Below, piece by piece: positions 28,084 through 37,851 of a stretch of 50,808 nucleotides of DNA. Within the stretch, counting starts at the first letter, position 1; each line of letters starts with the position of its first letter. The notes beneath the pieces are model-generated. The model saw nothing but the letters and a program-made list of their open reading frames with translations, was not told the origin of the DNA and made no database searches. Origin of the DNA: a virus; UHGV virus genome UHGV-1367122; one strand, written 5' to 3'. The translations under genes were made by a program, and so were the position numbers.

Positions 28084-28480
28084 AATCATAGTACACTGCT
28101 CAGCCACTAAAGAAGGGCAAGATATTAAAACAGAGACAATACGAGATTGGCATGTAAATGGTAACCACTGGAAAGATATTGGTTATCACTACATTGTAGA
28201 ACTTGATGGCTCTGTTCATAAAGGCAGAGATGAAAGTATAATTGGTGCGCATTGCTCAGGCCATAATGCCGATTCAATTGGTGTGTGCTATGTGGGTGGA
28301 GTGGCCAAAGATGGTAAAACACCAAAAGATACGCGCACTGAGGCTCAAAAGCAATCTTTGCTCAAACTGCTCAAAGAACTTAAAGCAAAATATCCAAATG
28401 CGACCATACACGGACACAGAGAGTTTGCCGCAAAAGCCTGCCCCAGCTTTGACGCAAAGTATGAGTATAAAGACCTCTAA
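28067..28480 (+). CDS. N-acetylmuramoyl-L-alanine amidase (PGRP / T7-lysozyme-like endolysin)
   Basis: IIVHCSAT, GYHYIV, CYVGG...H...C zinc-ligand pattern of the Amidase_2 family. Confidence 0.85.
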   Translation: MRKINKIIVHCSATKEGQDIKTETIRDWHVNGNHWKDIGYHYIVELDGSVHKGRDESIIGAHCSGHNADSIGVCYVGGVAKDGKTPKDTRTEAQKQSLLKLLKELKAKYPNATIHGHREFAAKACPSFDAKYEYKDL

Positions 28481-28601
28481 AACTGATTAAAGCCATTCTC
28501 GCATATAAGAAATTATTCCGAGAATGGTTTTACTATAAAGTATGAGTAAACCTAAATAGTAATAATAACTTATAGCGAAAACGCGCGAGAATAATTAAAG
28601 C

Positions 28602-29240
28602 ATGAAAAAGATAATCATAAAAATAGCTATAGCTGCTGTTGCTATACTAGCATTATTGTTAGCATCCCATAAAATACGTACACTAAAAGAGGATAATGAA
28701 AGACTTTTAAGCAACCAGGAAATTTTGCTAACGCAGAAACAAACCATAATGGCGGAAAGCCAAGCATATAAAGTGTCTGACAGCCTTAACGCCGCTAAAG
28801 TATCTGGGCTTCAGTTTACTCTTAATGAGTACAAAAAATATAGAGCCCAGGACTTTCAACTCATAGAACAACTCAAAGTTAAAAAGTCTGACTTGCAAAA
28901 AGTCATTGATTCGCAAATAGAAACTATAAATAGCCTTTCTGCTAAGCTCGATGATTCTATAAGAATTGATACCATAACTAATATAGCTGACACACTAAAA
29001 TGCTTTAATTACAAGTCAAAATGGACAGACGTTTCCGGGTGTATAGACCTAAAACGTGAAAACATAAATATACAAATCAAAAATAGAGAGTCGCTTAAGA
29101 TAGTAGAAACCGTAGTGTATAAGCGCTTTTTAGGGTTCTTATGGAAAACCAATAAAGTAAAAGGTAGGCAAGTAGATGTTATAAGCGAAAATCCTAATAC
29201 CACAATAACTAATTTAGATTATGTTAGCGTAAAGCAGTAA
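28602..29240 (+). CDS. Spanin-like lysis protein (N-terminal TM anchor + coiled coil, 212 aa)
   Basis: MKKIIIKIAIAAVAILALLLA signal-anchor followed by a coiled coil; position after the endolysin. Confidence 0.4.
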   Translation: MKKIIIKIAIAAVAILALLLASHKIRTLKEDNERLLSNQEILLTQKQTIMAESQAYKVSDSLNAAKVSGLQFTLNEYKKYRAQDFQLIEQLKVKKSDLQKVIDSQIETINSLSAKLDDSIRIDTITNIADTLKCFNYKSKWTDVSGCIDLKRENINIQIKNRESLKIVETVVYKRFLGFLWKTNKVKGRQVDVISENPNTTITNLDYVSVKQ

Positions 29241-29275
29241 ACAATGTAAACAATGTAAACAATTCATTGTTTACA
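29238..29275. repeat. Three direct GTAAACAAT(G) 12-bp repeats plus inverted copy TGTAAACAAT-TC-ATTGTTTACA
   Basis: Same architecture as 793-837; begins at the stop codon of the upstream gene. Confidence 0.85.
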
Positions 29276-29310
29276 CAAAAATGGTTGAAAATCAATCACT
29301 TATATAAGCC

Positions 29311-29440
29311 GTAAACAAAGAAACAATAAATCTATTAAATCTCTCTAATAACGCCTAATTACTAATTTTATGTTAATAAAATTTTAATAAATTAAATTAG
29401 GAATATAATAGCAATTGTTTCTATTGTTTCTTTGTTTACA
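29311..29440. repeat. Inverted repeats GTAAACAAAGAAACAATA (29311-29328) and reverse complement (29416-29440) flanking an AT-rich ~85-bp spacer
   Basis: Seen directly; parallels 892-1030. Confidence 0.7.
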
Positions 29441-29526
29441 ATTTGCTAAAAATTGCAAGCTGCGTTAAAAAAATAAAAAATCAGAAAAAATGTATAAAAA
29501 AATTTTTTTCTTTTATAAAAAGTTTT

Positions 29527-29553
29527 TATCTTTGCCTTAGAAAATAAAACAAT
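29527..29553 (+). promoter_or_regulatory. Putative promoter TATCTTTGCCTTAGAAAATAAAAC (TAnnTTTG -7 box) heading the replication module
   Basis: Near-identical to the box at 1206-1232. Confidence 0.5.
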
Positions 29554-29569
29554 AAAATTAACCAGATAT

Positions 29570-29983
29570 ATGGAACAGTTCAATATCAAAAATGTGATTG
29601 AGTACTACAAGCTGAATACAGAAGATTTAGCAAAGGTACTATTTCCTGCCATTAAATATCCAAAGCAGGCACTTGATAGAGTACTGAAAGGCGAAGGTAC
29701 TCTGGACATTACGCAGGTTGAAAAATTGGCCAACTATATTGGCGTGTTAGTAACTGATTTGTTCTCAGCAAATACCTGGAAAGGCTCTGCTGAAGATGGG
29801 TGCCTTACTTTACTGAAAGGCCAGTATAAAGCCAAGCTTAATTATAATGGCGTGTACTTATCTATATATAAAGATAATGTACTAATCGAGCAGAAAATAT
29901 CAAATATACCTAGCATGACAATTCAAGAGTTTATTAACTTTTTAGATAACTTAATTAAAAATTATGAAAATGGAAGCCATTAA
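29570..29983 (+). CDS. Hypothetical protein (137 aa), possible HTH regulator
   Basis: ORF track; weak helix-turn-helix-like segment; first gene after the promoter. Confidence 0.35.
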   Translation: MEQFNIKNVIEYYKLNTEDLAKVLFPAIKYPKQALDRVLKGEGTLDITQVEKLANYIGVLVTDLFSANTWKGSAEDGCLTLLKGQYKAKLNYNGVYLSIYKDNVLIEQKISNIPSMTIQEFINFLDNLIKNYENGSH

Positions 29984-30410
29984 AATTTCCGTAGAGGTTA
30001 GCGTAAACCTGTCAGAAAATACGCAGAACTTCATCAAGTCGCTGTTTGGCGGCACAATAGCGGCAGTAGCAACGCAGACCCAAAAATCCACTCCCGAGGC
30101 ACCTGCCGCATCCGCTAAACCGGCTTCTCAGCCAGTCACCGCGGTCACTCCTGACGCTGAAGCACCTGCCGCTGAAGCACCTGCCGCTGAAGCACCTGCC
30201 GCTGAAGCACCTGCCGCTGAAGCACCTGCTGCTGAAGCACCTGCCGCTGCTTCTAAAAGCATAGAAGACGTGCGCAAGATGCTTGTCCAAAAAGTAGACG
30301 CACATCGTGACGCCATTAAGCAGAAACTCAATGAGTTGGGTGCACCAAGCGTAACAAAACTCGACCCGTCTAAATATGACGATATGTATAATTTCCTTAA
30401 TTCACTTTAG
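29964..30410 (+). CDS. Protein with a (EAPAA)x7 tandem-repeat linker (148 aa)
   Basis: 15-bp DNA repeat GCTGAAGCACCTGCC x7 at 30166-30255. Confidence 0.5.
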   Translation: MKMEAIKISVEVSVNLSENTQNFIKSLFGGTIAAVATQTQKSTPEAPAASAKPASQPVTAVTPDAEAPAAEAPAAEAPAAEAPAAEAPAAEAPAAASKSIEDVRKMLVQKVDAHRDAIKQKLNELGAPSVTKLDPSKYDDMYNFLNSL

Positions 30411-30594
30411 TAACATGGCTAATGAAAAGAAGCTGCGAGAAGCAGCAATCAAGTTCCGCAAGGAAAACCAGAGACAGCACAGTTTGTATTCAATACTGCT
30501 TTCAAGAATGGCCAAATTTATCACAAAGTCTGGAGCGCCTGAGGTAACTGTAGGCGTAGAATATGATGGGTATTATGAGTTTGCAAACGACTAG
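30376..30594 (+). CDS. Small hypothetical protein (72 aa)
   Basis: ORF track. Confidence 0.3.
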   Translation: MTICIISLIHFSNMANEKKLREAAIKFRKENQRQHSLYSILLSRMAKFITKSGAPEVTVGVEYDGYYEFAND

Positions 30595-31786
30595 TACTAA
30601 GTTACAGGGGCATAGCCAAAGAGACCACGCGCTACTGTCCGCGTCAGGTGCGTCAAGATGGCTTAATTGCACTCCGTCGGCGAGGCTTGAAGATGAGCAT
30701 GGAGAAAAGAAAGGTTCTGTATATGCTCAAGAAGGCACGCTGGCGCATGAACTCGCCGAGCTTTATATCAAGCGTGACACTCTGCTTGTTATTAGCGAGC
30801 AGGAGTTCAATCAGCGACTTGAAGAAATTATGGCAAATGAGCTGTTTAATGAGGAAATGCTTGACGTAGTTCCAACTTATACAGATTACTGCGCTGCTCA
30901 ATTAGTAGAAGCTAAAACAGTAAATCCATTAGCCGTAATGGAGATTGAGCAGAAGCTCGATTTGACAGATTTTGTGCCTGAGAGTTTCGGGACAGCGGAT
31001 TGCGTTATAATCAATGACAACCTTATGGAAGTCATTGACTTAAAGTACGGAAAAGGAGTTCCTGTGTATGCCGAATGGAATAAGCAACTTATGCTTTATG
31101 GCCTTGGGGCGCTGCAGAAATATGATACTATGTATGATATATCTGAGGTACGATTGACAATTGTACAGCCGCGTATCAACAATATATCTTCATGGCAAAT
31201 ATCTGTAGAAGAGCTTCGCAAATGGGCCGAAGAAGAGCTCAAGCCAAAAGCAGAACTTGCTTTCGAAGGCAAAGGTGAACTCAATGCTGGAGAGTGGTGC
31301 CGATTTTGTGCTGTCCGTAATCAATGTAGAAAGTTGTATGAGCAGCAGCTTGAAATAGCCAAGTATGAATTCGCGGAGCCGCCACTTCTTACAGATGACG
31401 AGATTGTGGATATTATACGCCGAGCTCCAAGGCTTATTGAGTGGACTAACTCTATTACAGAGTATGCGCAGTCGAAAGCCATTACAGAAGATAAGCAATG
31501 GCCCGGCCTTAAACTTGTAGAAGGCGTAAGTAGGCGCAAATGGGTTGACGAGGACAAAGCTTCAAGCGCCATATTTGCGCGGTGCCCAGAGCTAACAGAG
31601 GACGATATATTTAGCATGAAGCTCAAGCCAATTACTTCCATTGAGAAGGTGGTAGGCAAAACGCGTTTCTCTAAGCTGCTTTCGGACGTGGTAATAAAAC
31701 CACAAGGTAAACCTACTCTTGTACCACTTGAAGACAAGAGGCCCGCGATGGGGTACAGCCAAGCAAAAATAGACTTCAAAGAATAA
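30563..31786 (+). CDS. Cas4-like PD-(D/E)XK exonuclease, DUF2800 family (407 aa)
   Basis: ADCVIINDNLMEVIDLKYGKG nuclease core and C-terminal Cys cluster CRFCAVRNQC; adjacent to a DUF2815 gene as in many phages. Confidence 0.7.
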   Translation: MMGIMSLQTTSTKLQGHSQRDHALLSASGASRWLNCTPSARLEDEHGEKKGSVYAQEGTLAHELAELYIKRDTLLVISEQEFNQRLEEIMANELFNEEMLDVVPTYTDYCAAQLVEAKTVNPLAVMEIEQKLDLTDFVPESFGTADCVIINDNLMEVIDLKYGKGVPVYAEWNKQLMLYGLGALQKYDTMYDISEVRLTIVQPRINNISSWQISVEELRKWAEEELKPKAELAFEGKGELNAGEWCRFCAVRNQCRKLYEQQLEIAKYEFAEPPLLTDDEIVDIIRRAPRLIEWTNSITEYAQSKAITEDKQWPGLKLVEGVSRRKWVDEDKASSAIFARCPELTEDDIFSMKLKPITSIEKVVGKTRFSKLLSDVVIKPQGKPTLVPLEDKRPAMGYSQAKIDFKE

Positions 31787-31819
31787 TAACTCAAGTATAA
31801 CGATTAAAAATTTACAAAA

Positions 31820-32383
31820 ATGAGTAACCAAGTAAATTCAACAAAAGTTGTAACCGGCAAAGTAAGATTTTGCTATGTGAACGTGTTTGAGCCCACAGCA
31901 ATGAATGAGGGCGAAACTCCTAAGTACAACGTTTGCATCCTTATCAGTAAGAACGATAAGGCCACCATCGACAAAATCAAAAATGCGATTGCTGCCGCAA
32001 AAGAAGCAGGAAAGGCTAAACTCGCTAATAAGAACGGTCAGCTTCCTGCAGACGCGGCTCTTAAGCTCCCACTTCGTGATGGCGATGTAGAGCGCGCGGA
32101 TGACCCGGTTTTTGAAAACTGCTACTTCATCAATGCTAACTCCAACAGAAAGCCTAGCATTGTTGACCGCGACCTTAATCCTATTATGGAAAAAAGTGAG
32201 TTTTACAGTGGCTGCTATGGCCGTGCGTCGATTAACTTCTACGCCTTTAATGTTTCGTCCAAAGGTATTGCGGCAGGACTTAACAATCTTCAAAAGCTCG
32301 AAGATGGTGAGATGCTGGCCGGTGGCTCAACTGCTGAAGAGGACTTTGGAGGCGAAAATGCTTTCAATGATGAGCTGATGTAA
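31820..32383 (+). CDS. DUF2815-family phage ssDNA-binding protein (187 aa)
   Basis: VTGKVRFCYVNVFEP...PLRDGD...YFINANS...YSGCYGRASINFYAFN...GLNNLQ plus an acidic C-terminal tail (DFGGENAFNDELM). Confidence 0.7.
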   Translation: MSNQVNSTKVVTGKVRFCYVNVFEPTAMNEGETPKYNVCILISKNDKATIDKIKNAIAAAKEAGKAKLANKNGQLPADAALKLPLRDGDVERADDPVFENCYFINANSNRKPSIVDRDLNPIMEKSEFYSGCYGRASINFYAFNVSSKGIAAGLNNLQKLEDGEMLAGGSTAEEDFGGENAFNDELM

Positions 32384-32403
32384 TTTTCCTCTCTGCCTCA
32401 GCA

Positions 32404-32484
32404 AGTATAGTAGTTTAATGGTAAAACCACAGAGCGCCATTGGTTTGTGTGCCTGTTATGCGGGTTCGAGTCCCGCCTATACTC
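32404..32484 (+). tRNA. tRNA-like element (81 nt) with canonical acceptor, D and T arms but no regular anticodon stem-loop
   Basis: Acceptor AGTATAG/CTATACT, D-arm GTTT-AATGGTA-AAAC, T-arm GCGGG-TTCGAGT-CCCGC all perfect; the 31-nt central region fits no 5-bp stem/7-nt loop in any register. Confidence 0.45.
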
Positions 32485-32512
32485 CTATTTGTAATATAAA
32501 TTTTATAGGCGT

Positions 32513-33301
32513 ATGCTATCATATAAAAATTTGGTTAACAGCATTTTAAGTCAGAATGACTTACGAGAAAATAGAACTGGAGTAGACGCTATTAGCGTCT
32601 TTGGCCGGTCATTAAGGCATGATATGAGATTGGGTCTACCTATTCTCACTACTAAAAAAATTAATACGAAAGCCTGCATTCATGAGTTATTATGGTTTAT
32701 AAACGGCGGCACAAATATAAAGTACCTTAATGACAATGGCGTGCATATTTGGGATGCCTGGGCAGATAGCAACGGAGAGCTTGGCCCTATTTATGGAAAG
32801 CAGTGGCGCAATTCAGGACCTAAAGGTATTGACCAGGTAAAAAATGTAATTAACCTAATAAATACGTGTCCCTATTCTCGCCGTATTATAATAGACGCCT
32901 GGAATCCGTCGGATATTAAAGATATGGCTCTTCCGCCATGTCACGTGCTATATCAATTTTACGCAGAGCCAGTCACAAGGCACTTAAGCCTTTGCGTTTA
33001 TATGCGCTCGGCAGATATTTTTCTTGGTGCGCCTTTTGATATAGCGGAAGGCGGTATATTTCTTAGCCTTATCGCTGAGGTAACAGGGTATACACCAAAG
33101 GACCTTATTTATTATTTCGGCGACGCCCATATATATGCTAATCATTTAGAGCAAATACAGCTACAAATAAAAAGGCCTTGCTTTGAGCTGCCTAGGCTTG
33201 AGCTTAATCATAAAAGCGATATATTTGACTATAAATATGAGGACTTTAATATAGTAGGTTATAAATGCCATAGCGCAATAAAAGGTACGGTAGCTGTATG
33301 A
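32513..33301 (+). CDS. thyA: Thymidylate synthase (ThyA family)
   Basis: LWFINGGTN, catalytic LPPCH motif, GDAHIYANH with the Asn expected for dUMP rather than dCMP specificity. Confidence 0.75.
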   Translation: MLSYKNLVNSILSQNDLRENRTGVDAISVFGRSLRHDMRLGLPILTTKKINTKACIHELLWFINGGTNIKYLNDNGVHIWDAWADSNGELGPIYGKQWRNSGPKGIDQVKNVINLINTCPYSRRIIIDAWNPSDIKDMALPPCHVLYQFYAEPVTRHLSLCVYMRSADIFLGAPFDIAEGGIFLSLIAEVTGYTPKDLIYYFGDAHIYANHLEQIQLQIKRPCFELPRLELNHKSDIFDYKYEDFNIVGYKCHSAIKGTVAV

Positions 33302-35253
33302 ATAAATTGTATATTGATATTGAGACGTATTCATCTGTAGATATTTGTGAATCTGGCGCCTATAAGTACATTGAATCTGGCGATTTTGAAGTACTATTAA
33401 TAGGGTATGCCTTTAACGATGGCCCTGTTAAAGTGCTAGACTTATGCCAAGGAGAGACTATGCCAGAAGATTTAGAATTGGCCCTGCTAAGTCCAGAGTA
33501 TATTAAAGTTGCGCATAACGCTGTATTTGAGCGCCTTAGTTTTAGGAGGTTAGGCTATACAATTCCGATTGAACAATGGTATTGCACTTTAGTTAAGTCA
33601 GCGTATTGCGGTTTACCTTTATCTTTGGACCAAGTCTCTAAAGTACTTAATTTAGAGAATAAAAAGCTCGACACAGGAAAAGCTCTTATTAAATACTTTT
33701 CGAGCCCGTGTAAGCCGACACGGGTTAATGGAATGCGTACTAGAAATTACCCTGAGCATGCACCAGAGAAGTGGGAACTCTATAAAGAGTACAATAAATA
33801 TGACGTATTAGCCGAGCGAGAGATATTTAAGCGATTAGAGGCATATGATATGCCAAAGGCAGAGTGGACCCTTTATAAAGTAGACCAAGAGATAAATGAC
33901 CGTGGTATTATGGTTGATTTAGAGCTAGCAAACTCGGCTGTTGTTGTTAACAATACATACTCTAATAAGCTAATAGAAGAAGTAAAAGCTTTAACGGGCA
34001 TTGCAAATCCAAATTCTACAGTACAGATAAAGAATTGGATTCAAAAACAAACAGGCCTAGTCGTTGATTCTCTAAATAAAGCGGCCATACAAAAAGTATA
34101 TGCTACGTTTGAAAAATACCCAAAAGTAATAAGGCTACTTGATTTAAGGGCTAGGCTAGCTAAGACCTCTATTAAGAAATACTATGCTATGCTCAATTGC
34201 GCGATGAAAGATAATAGAGTGCGAGGCACCTTTCAATTTTATGGCGCGAATCGTACAGGCCGATGGGCGGGCAGATTAATACAGTTACAAAATTTATCAA
34301 AAAACCATACGCCTGCTATAGAGATGCCGCGTGAAATTATACGGGCACGCGATATTGATACGGTAGAATTATTATACGACGACGTTGCTGATATTTTATC
34401 TCAACTAGTAAGAACTGCTTTTATTGCACAAAAAGGAAAATTATTTGCGGTAGCAGACTTTTCGGCGATAGAAGCTAGAGTTATATCTTGGCTTTCTGGT
34501 GAAGAGTGGCGTATGGATGTATTTAGAGGTGACGGTAAAATTTATGAAGCTACAGGCTCTAAGATGTTTAATGTGCCAGTGTCTGCCATAACTAAGGGCT
34601 CGGAGCTTAGGCAAAAGTCAAAAATATCTGAGCTCGCTTTGGGCTACGGCGGTTCTATTGGTGCGCTGCAGCGTATGGGCGGTGAACGTATGGGCCTGTC
34701 TAATACAGAAATGATAAGCCTTGTTCACAAATGGCGAAATAGCAATCCAAAAATAGTAGAGTATTGGCATAAGTTAGAAGCTGCCGCAAAGGAAGCAATC
34801 AAGTATAAAAAGCGAGTAATGGCTAATAATAAGATAGCATTTGATGCAGACGCTAATTACCTTATGATGGTTTTACCTAGTGGCCGTAAGCTATTTTATA
34901 GAAACCCCATAATAAAAAAGGCGCCCGACAAAACTAGTCCCTCTATATTTTATGAAGGTCTTATACAGACTACAAAGCAGTGGGGCATAATAGATACTTA
35001 TGGCGGGAGCCTAGCTGAAAATAGCTGTCAGGCTGTTGCTAGAGACCTTTTGGGTGTTGCTATGATTAACTTAGCAAAAGCAGGTTATAATATAGTAGCT
35101 CATGTGCATGACGAAGTTATAGTGGAAGTTCCACAAGAAAATGCGCAGCAGCATTATGAAAATATAATTAAGCTAATGACGCAGACGCCTGACTGGGCCT
35201 TAGATTTACCACTAAAAGCTGACGGATATATAACGCCTTTTTATCAAAAATAA
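33298..35253 (+). CDS. Family-A DNA polymerase with 3'-5' exonuclease domain (651 aa)
   Basis: Exo I YIDIETYS; Pol motif A DFSAIEARVISWL; motif B RQKSKISELALGYGGS; motif C VAHVHDEVIVE. Confidence 0.9.
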   Translation: MNKLYIDIETYSSVDICESGAYKYIESGDFEVLLIGYAFNDGPVKVLDLCQGETMPEDLELALLSPEYIKVAHNAVFERLSFRRLGYTIPIEQWYCTLVKSAYCGLPLSLDQVSKVLNLENKKLDTGKALIKYFSSPCKPTRVNGMRTRNYPEHAPEKWELYKEYNKYDVLAEREIFKRLEAYDMPKAEWTLYKVDQEINDRGIMVDLELANSAVVVNNTYSNKLIEEVKALTGIANPNSTVQIKNWIQKQTGLVVDSLNKAAIQKVYATFEKYPKVIRLLDLRARLAKTSIKKYYAMLNCAMKDNRVRGTFQFYGANRTGRWAGRLIQLQNLSKNHTPAIEMPREIIRARDIDTVELLYDDVADILSQLVRTAFIAQKGKLFAVADFSAIEARVISWLSGEEWRMDVFRGDGKIYEATGSKMFNVPVSAITKGSELRQKSKISELALGYGGSIGALQRMGGERMGLSNTEMISLVHKWRNSNPKIVEYWHKLEAAAKEAIKYKKRVMANNKIAFDADANYLMMVLPSGRKLFYRNPIIKKAPDKTSPSIFYEGLIQTTKQWGIIDTYGGSLAENSCQAVARDLLGVAMINLAKAGYNIVAHVHDEVIVEVPQENAQQHYENIIKLMTQTPDWALDLPLKADGYITPFYQK

Positions 35254-35257
35254 TACT

Positions 35258-37657
35258 ATGCAAGTAGGTAAATTAGAATACGATATAAATCTCAATATAG
35301 CTATTGGGCTGAGCGCCGCAAGTAAAGTTTGGAAAAATACCAAAATTGCTTGGAGCGCCTTGGTTCAAAAGCTGTCCGCGCCAGTTGTAACTACAGAAAC
35401 GTATAGGCAATTTATACAGGCTACAAAAGATGAACAAAGTAAAATAAAAGATGTCGGCGGATTTGTTGGTGGCTTTCTCACAAATGGGCGCCGCGATAAG
35501 TCTAATGTTCTATACCGTCAGCTTATCGCATTAGATATAGACTTCTCACATGAAAATTTTTGGTGGGATTTTACAATGCTTTTTGACTGCGCGGCCGTAA
35601 TACACTCAACGCACAAGTCATGTGCAGAAAAGCCTCGCCATAGACTACTAATTCCGCTTGATAGAGAGGTGTCTCAAGAAGAGTATCAGGCTATTGCACG
35701 AAAAGTTGCGGGAGACTTAAACATTGATTTATTTGACCCTTCGACTTTTGATGTAAATAGACTTATGTTTTGGCCCTCTATATCGTCGGATGCTGAGTAC
35801 TACTTTGAATATCAAGATGGTCCATTTCTTGCAGCCGATTATATACTGGGACTATATACAGACTGGCATGATACAAGTGAATGGCCAACAGCTTCTGATA
35901 GCAGTAATGTTATAATGCAAGCTATAAAGAAGCAAGAAGACCCGGCTAATAAAAAAGGCATAGTTGGCCTATTTTGCAGAGCGTATACAATTCAAGAAGC
36001 AATATCTGCGTTTCTTTCAGACGTGTATGAGCCTGCGGGAGAGAATAGATATACTTATATAAATGGTTCGACTGCCGCTGGGCTTATTGTATATGATGAT
36101 AAATTTGCGTATTCTCATCATGGAACAGACCCGGCGGGTCAAAGGCTGTGTAACGCTTTTGACTTAGTCCGTATACATAAATATAGCAGCCTAGATACAG
36201 GAAAAGAAAAGAGCGAGCAGGATAAAAAGAGTTTTAAGGCAATGGAAGAGTTTGCCGCAAAAGACTCGCAGATAAAAAAGCGTATCGCAGAAGAAAAATT
36301 AGCTGAAGCAAAGTTCGAGTTCGCTGAAGAAGTAGAGCTACCAGAAGAAGAGCAAGATAATTCTTGGACGTCAGAACTTACGGTAAATACAAAAGGAGAG
36401 TACGAAAATTCTGCGAATAACTTAAATATCATATTCCAGTTTGACCATTTTCTTAAAAATGCTTTCAAGTTAAATACCTTTGATAATAAAAGATATGTTA
36501 CAAAAACTCTTCCATGGCGCAAAATCGATGATGTGGAGCCTATTCGTGATGTTGATTATTCTGGTGTACGTAATTACATTGAGTGTATTTATGGCATTGT
36601 GTCTAGTCAAAAAGTTGACGATGCACTTGCGCTTGAAATTGAAAAGAAGAAATTTCACCCAATAGTTGAATACATAAAATCCTTACAATGGGATGGTGTA
36701 CAACGCGTAAATACATTGCTTATAGACTACTTTGGCGCAGAAGATAACGCCTATACGCGAGCGGCTATAAGAAAAATGCTATGCGCAGCCGTGACAAGAG
36801 TATTCCATCCGGGTACTAAGTTTGATACAGCTCTTATATTAGTAGGTCCTCAAGCTACGTATAAAAGTACATTCGTAAAAAAACTCGGTAAAAACTGGTT
36901 TTCAGATACTTTTACAACAGTACAGGGTAAAGAATCTTTTGAACAAATACAAGGGGCGTGGCTTATTGAAATAGCTGAGCTTTCAGGCCTTAAAAAAGCA
37001 GAAGTTGAAACAATTAAGCATTACATATCAAAATGTGAAGATTCATTTAGGCCTGCATATGGTAGAACTATAGAAACATATAAAAGACAATGCGTGTTCT
37101 TTGGTACTACCAATTCAAAAGACTTTTTGCGTGACCCAACAGGAAATAGACGCTTTTTGCCGGTAGATGTGAGGCCGGAATACGTCACCAAAAATGTGGT
37201 GGAGGAGCTTACAGATGAAGACATAGACCAAATATGGGCAGAAGCCTATGAAATGTATAAACAGGGCGAGCCCTTATATATGACCGGCGAAGAGGATATG
37301 ATTGCTAAGCTTGAGCAATATAAGCACTCAGAACAAGATGAGCGTAAAGGTATTATTGAAGAGTATCTAAATGCAAAATATCCTGACAACTGGGCTAGCA
37401 TGGACCTTTATGATAGGCGTAGATGGCTAGAAGACCCGTTATCCCAGGTAGGAACAGCCCAAAGGGAATTCGTGTGTGTAGCTGAAATATGGTGTGAATG
37501 CCTCGGCAAAGAGAAAAACGATATGTCAAGGTATAACACCAGAGACATAAATGACATATTACGTTCGTTGCCTGAGTGGGAAGCCTCCACTTCAACAAAG
37601 AACTTTTCAATATACGGTAAACAGAAGTATTACAAACGTAAAGACAGCTTATTATGA
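35258..37657 (+). CDS. Bifunctional primase (AEP/prim-pol-like N-terminus) and P-loop helicase (VirE/D5-like C-terminus), 799 aa
   Basis: LIALDIDFSH (DxD) in the N-terminal part; Walker A GPQATYKST and downstream acidic motif in the C-terminal part. Confidence 0.65.
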   Translation: MQVGKLEYDINLNIAIGLSAASKVWKNTKIAWSALVQKLSAPVVTTETYRQFIQATKDEQSKIKDVGGFVGGFLTNGRRDKSNVLYRQLIALDIDFSHENFWWDFTMLFDCAAVIHSTHKSCAEKPRHRLLIPLDREVSQEEYQAIARKVAGDLNIDLFDPSTFDVNRLMFWPSISSDAEYYFEYQDGPFLAADYILGLYTDWHDTSEWPTASDSSNVIMQAIKKQEDPANKKGIVGLFCRAYTIQEAISAFLSDVYEPAGENRYTYINGSTAAGLIVYDDKFAYSHHGTDPAGQRLCNAFDLVRIHKYSSLDTGKEKSEQDKKSFKAMEEFAAKDSQIKKRIAEEKLAEAKFEFAEEVELPEEEQDNSWTSELTVNTKGEYENSANNLNIIFQFDHFLKNAFKLNTFDNKRYVTKTLPWRKIDDVEPIRDVDYSGVRNYIECIYGIVSSQKVDDALALEIEKKKFHPIVEYIKSLQWDGVQRVNTLLIDYFGAEDNAYTRAAIRKMLCAAVTRVFHPGTKFDTALILVGPQATYKSTFVKKLGKNWFSDTFTTVQGKESFEQIQGAWLIEIAELSGLKKAEVETIKHYISKCEDSFRPAYGRTIETYKRQCVFFGTTNSKDFLRDPTGNRRFLPVDVRPEYVTKNVVEELTDEDIDQIWAEAYEMYKQGEPLYMTGEEDMIAKLEQYKHSEQDERKGIIEEYLNAKYPDNWASMDLYDRRRWLEDPLSQVGTAQREFVCVAEIWCECLGKEKNDMSRYNTRDINDILRSLPEWEASTSTKNFSIYGKQKYYKRKDSLL

Positions 37658-37851
37658 TAGTAAATTTTTATAAGAGAATAGGTGTAGAATGGCGCAGAGA
37701 CCAAGACTATAAGTTAATTGCTTCTAAGAATATAGAGTGCATTCCACAAAAAGGAACGTTTATTAAGCTCTCGGGGCAATTGTTTATAGTAGACAGAATA
37801 TACTTTGATATGTATACATGTGAATATAGCATTTATATTATAAGGGCATGA
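37654..37851 (+). CDS. Small hypothetical protein (65 aa)
   Basis: ORF track. Confidence 0.3.
   Translation: MIVNFYKRIGVEWRRDQDYKLIASKNIECIPQKGTFIKLSGQLFIVDRIYFDMYTCEYSIYIIRA

Noticed and set aside
32404-32484. Assignment of a specific amino-acid identity or anticodon to the tRNA-like element
   Set aside because: No register gives a canonical anticodon stem-loop, so naming an isotype would be invention. It is reported only as tRNA-like.
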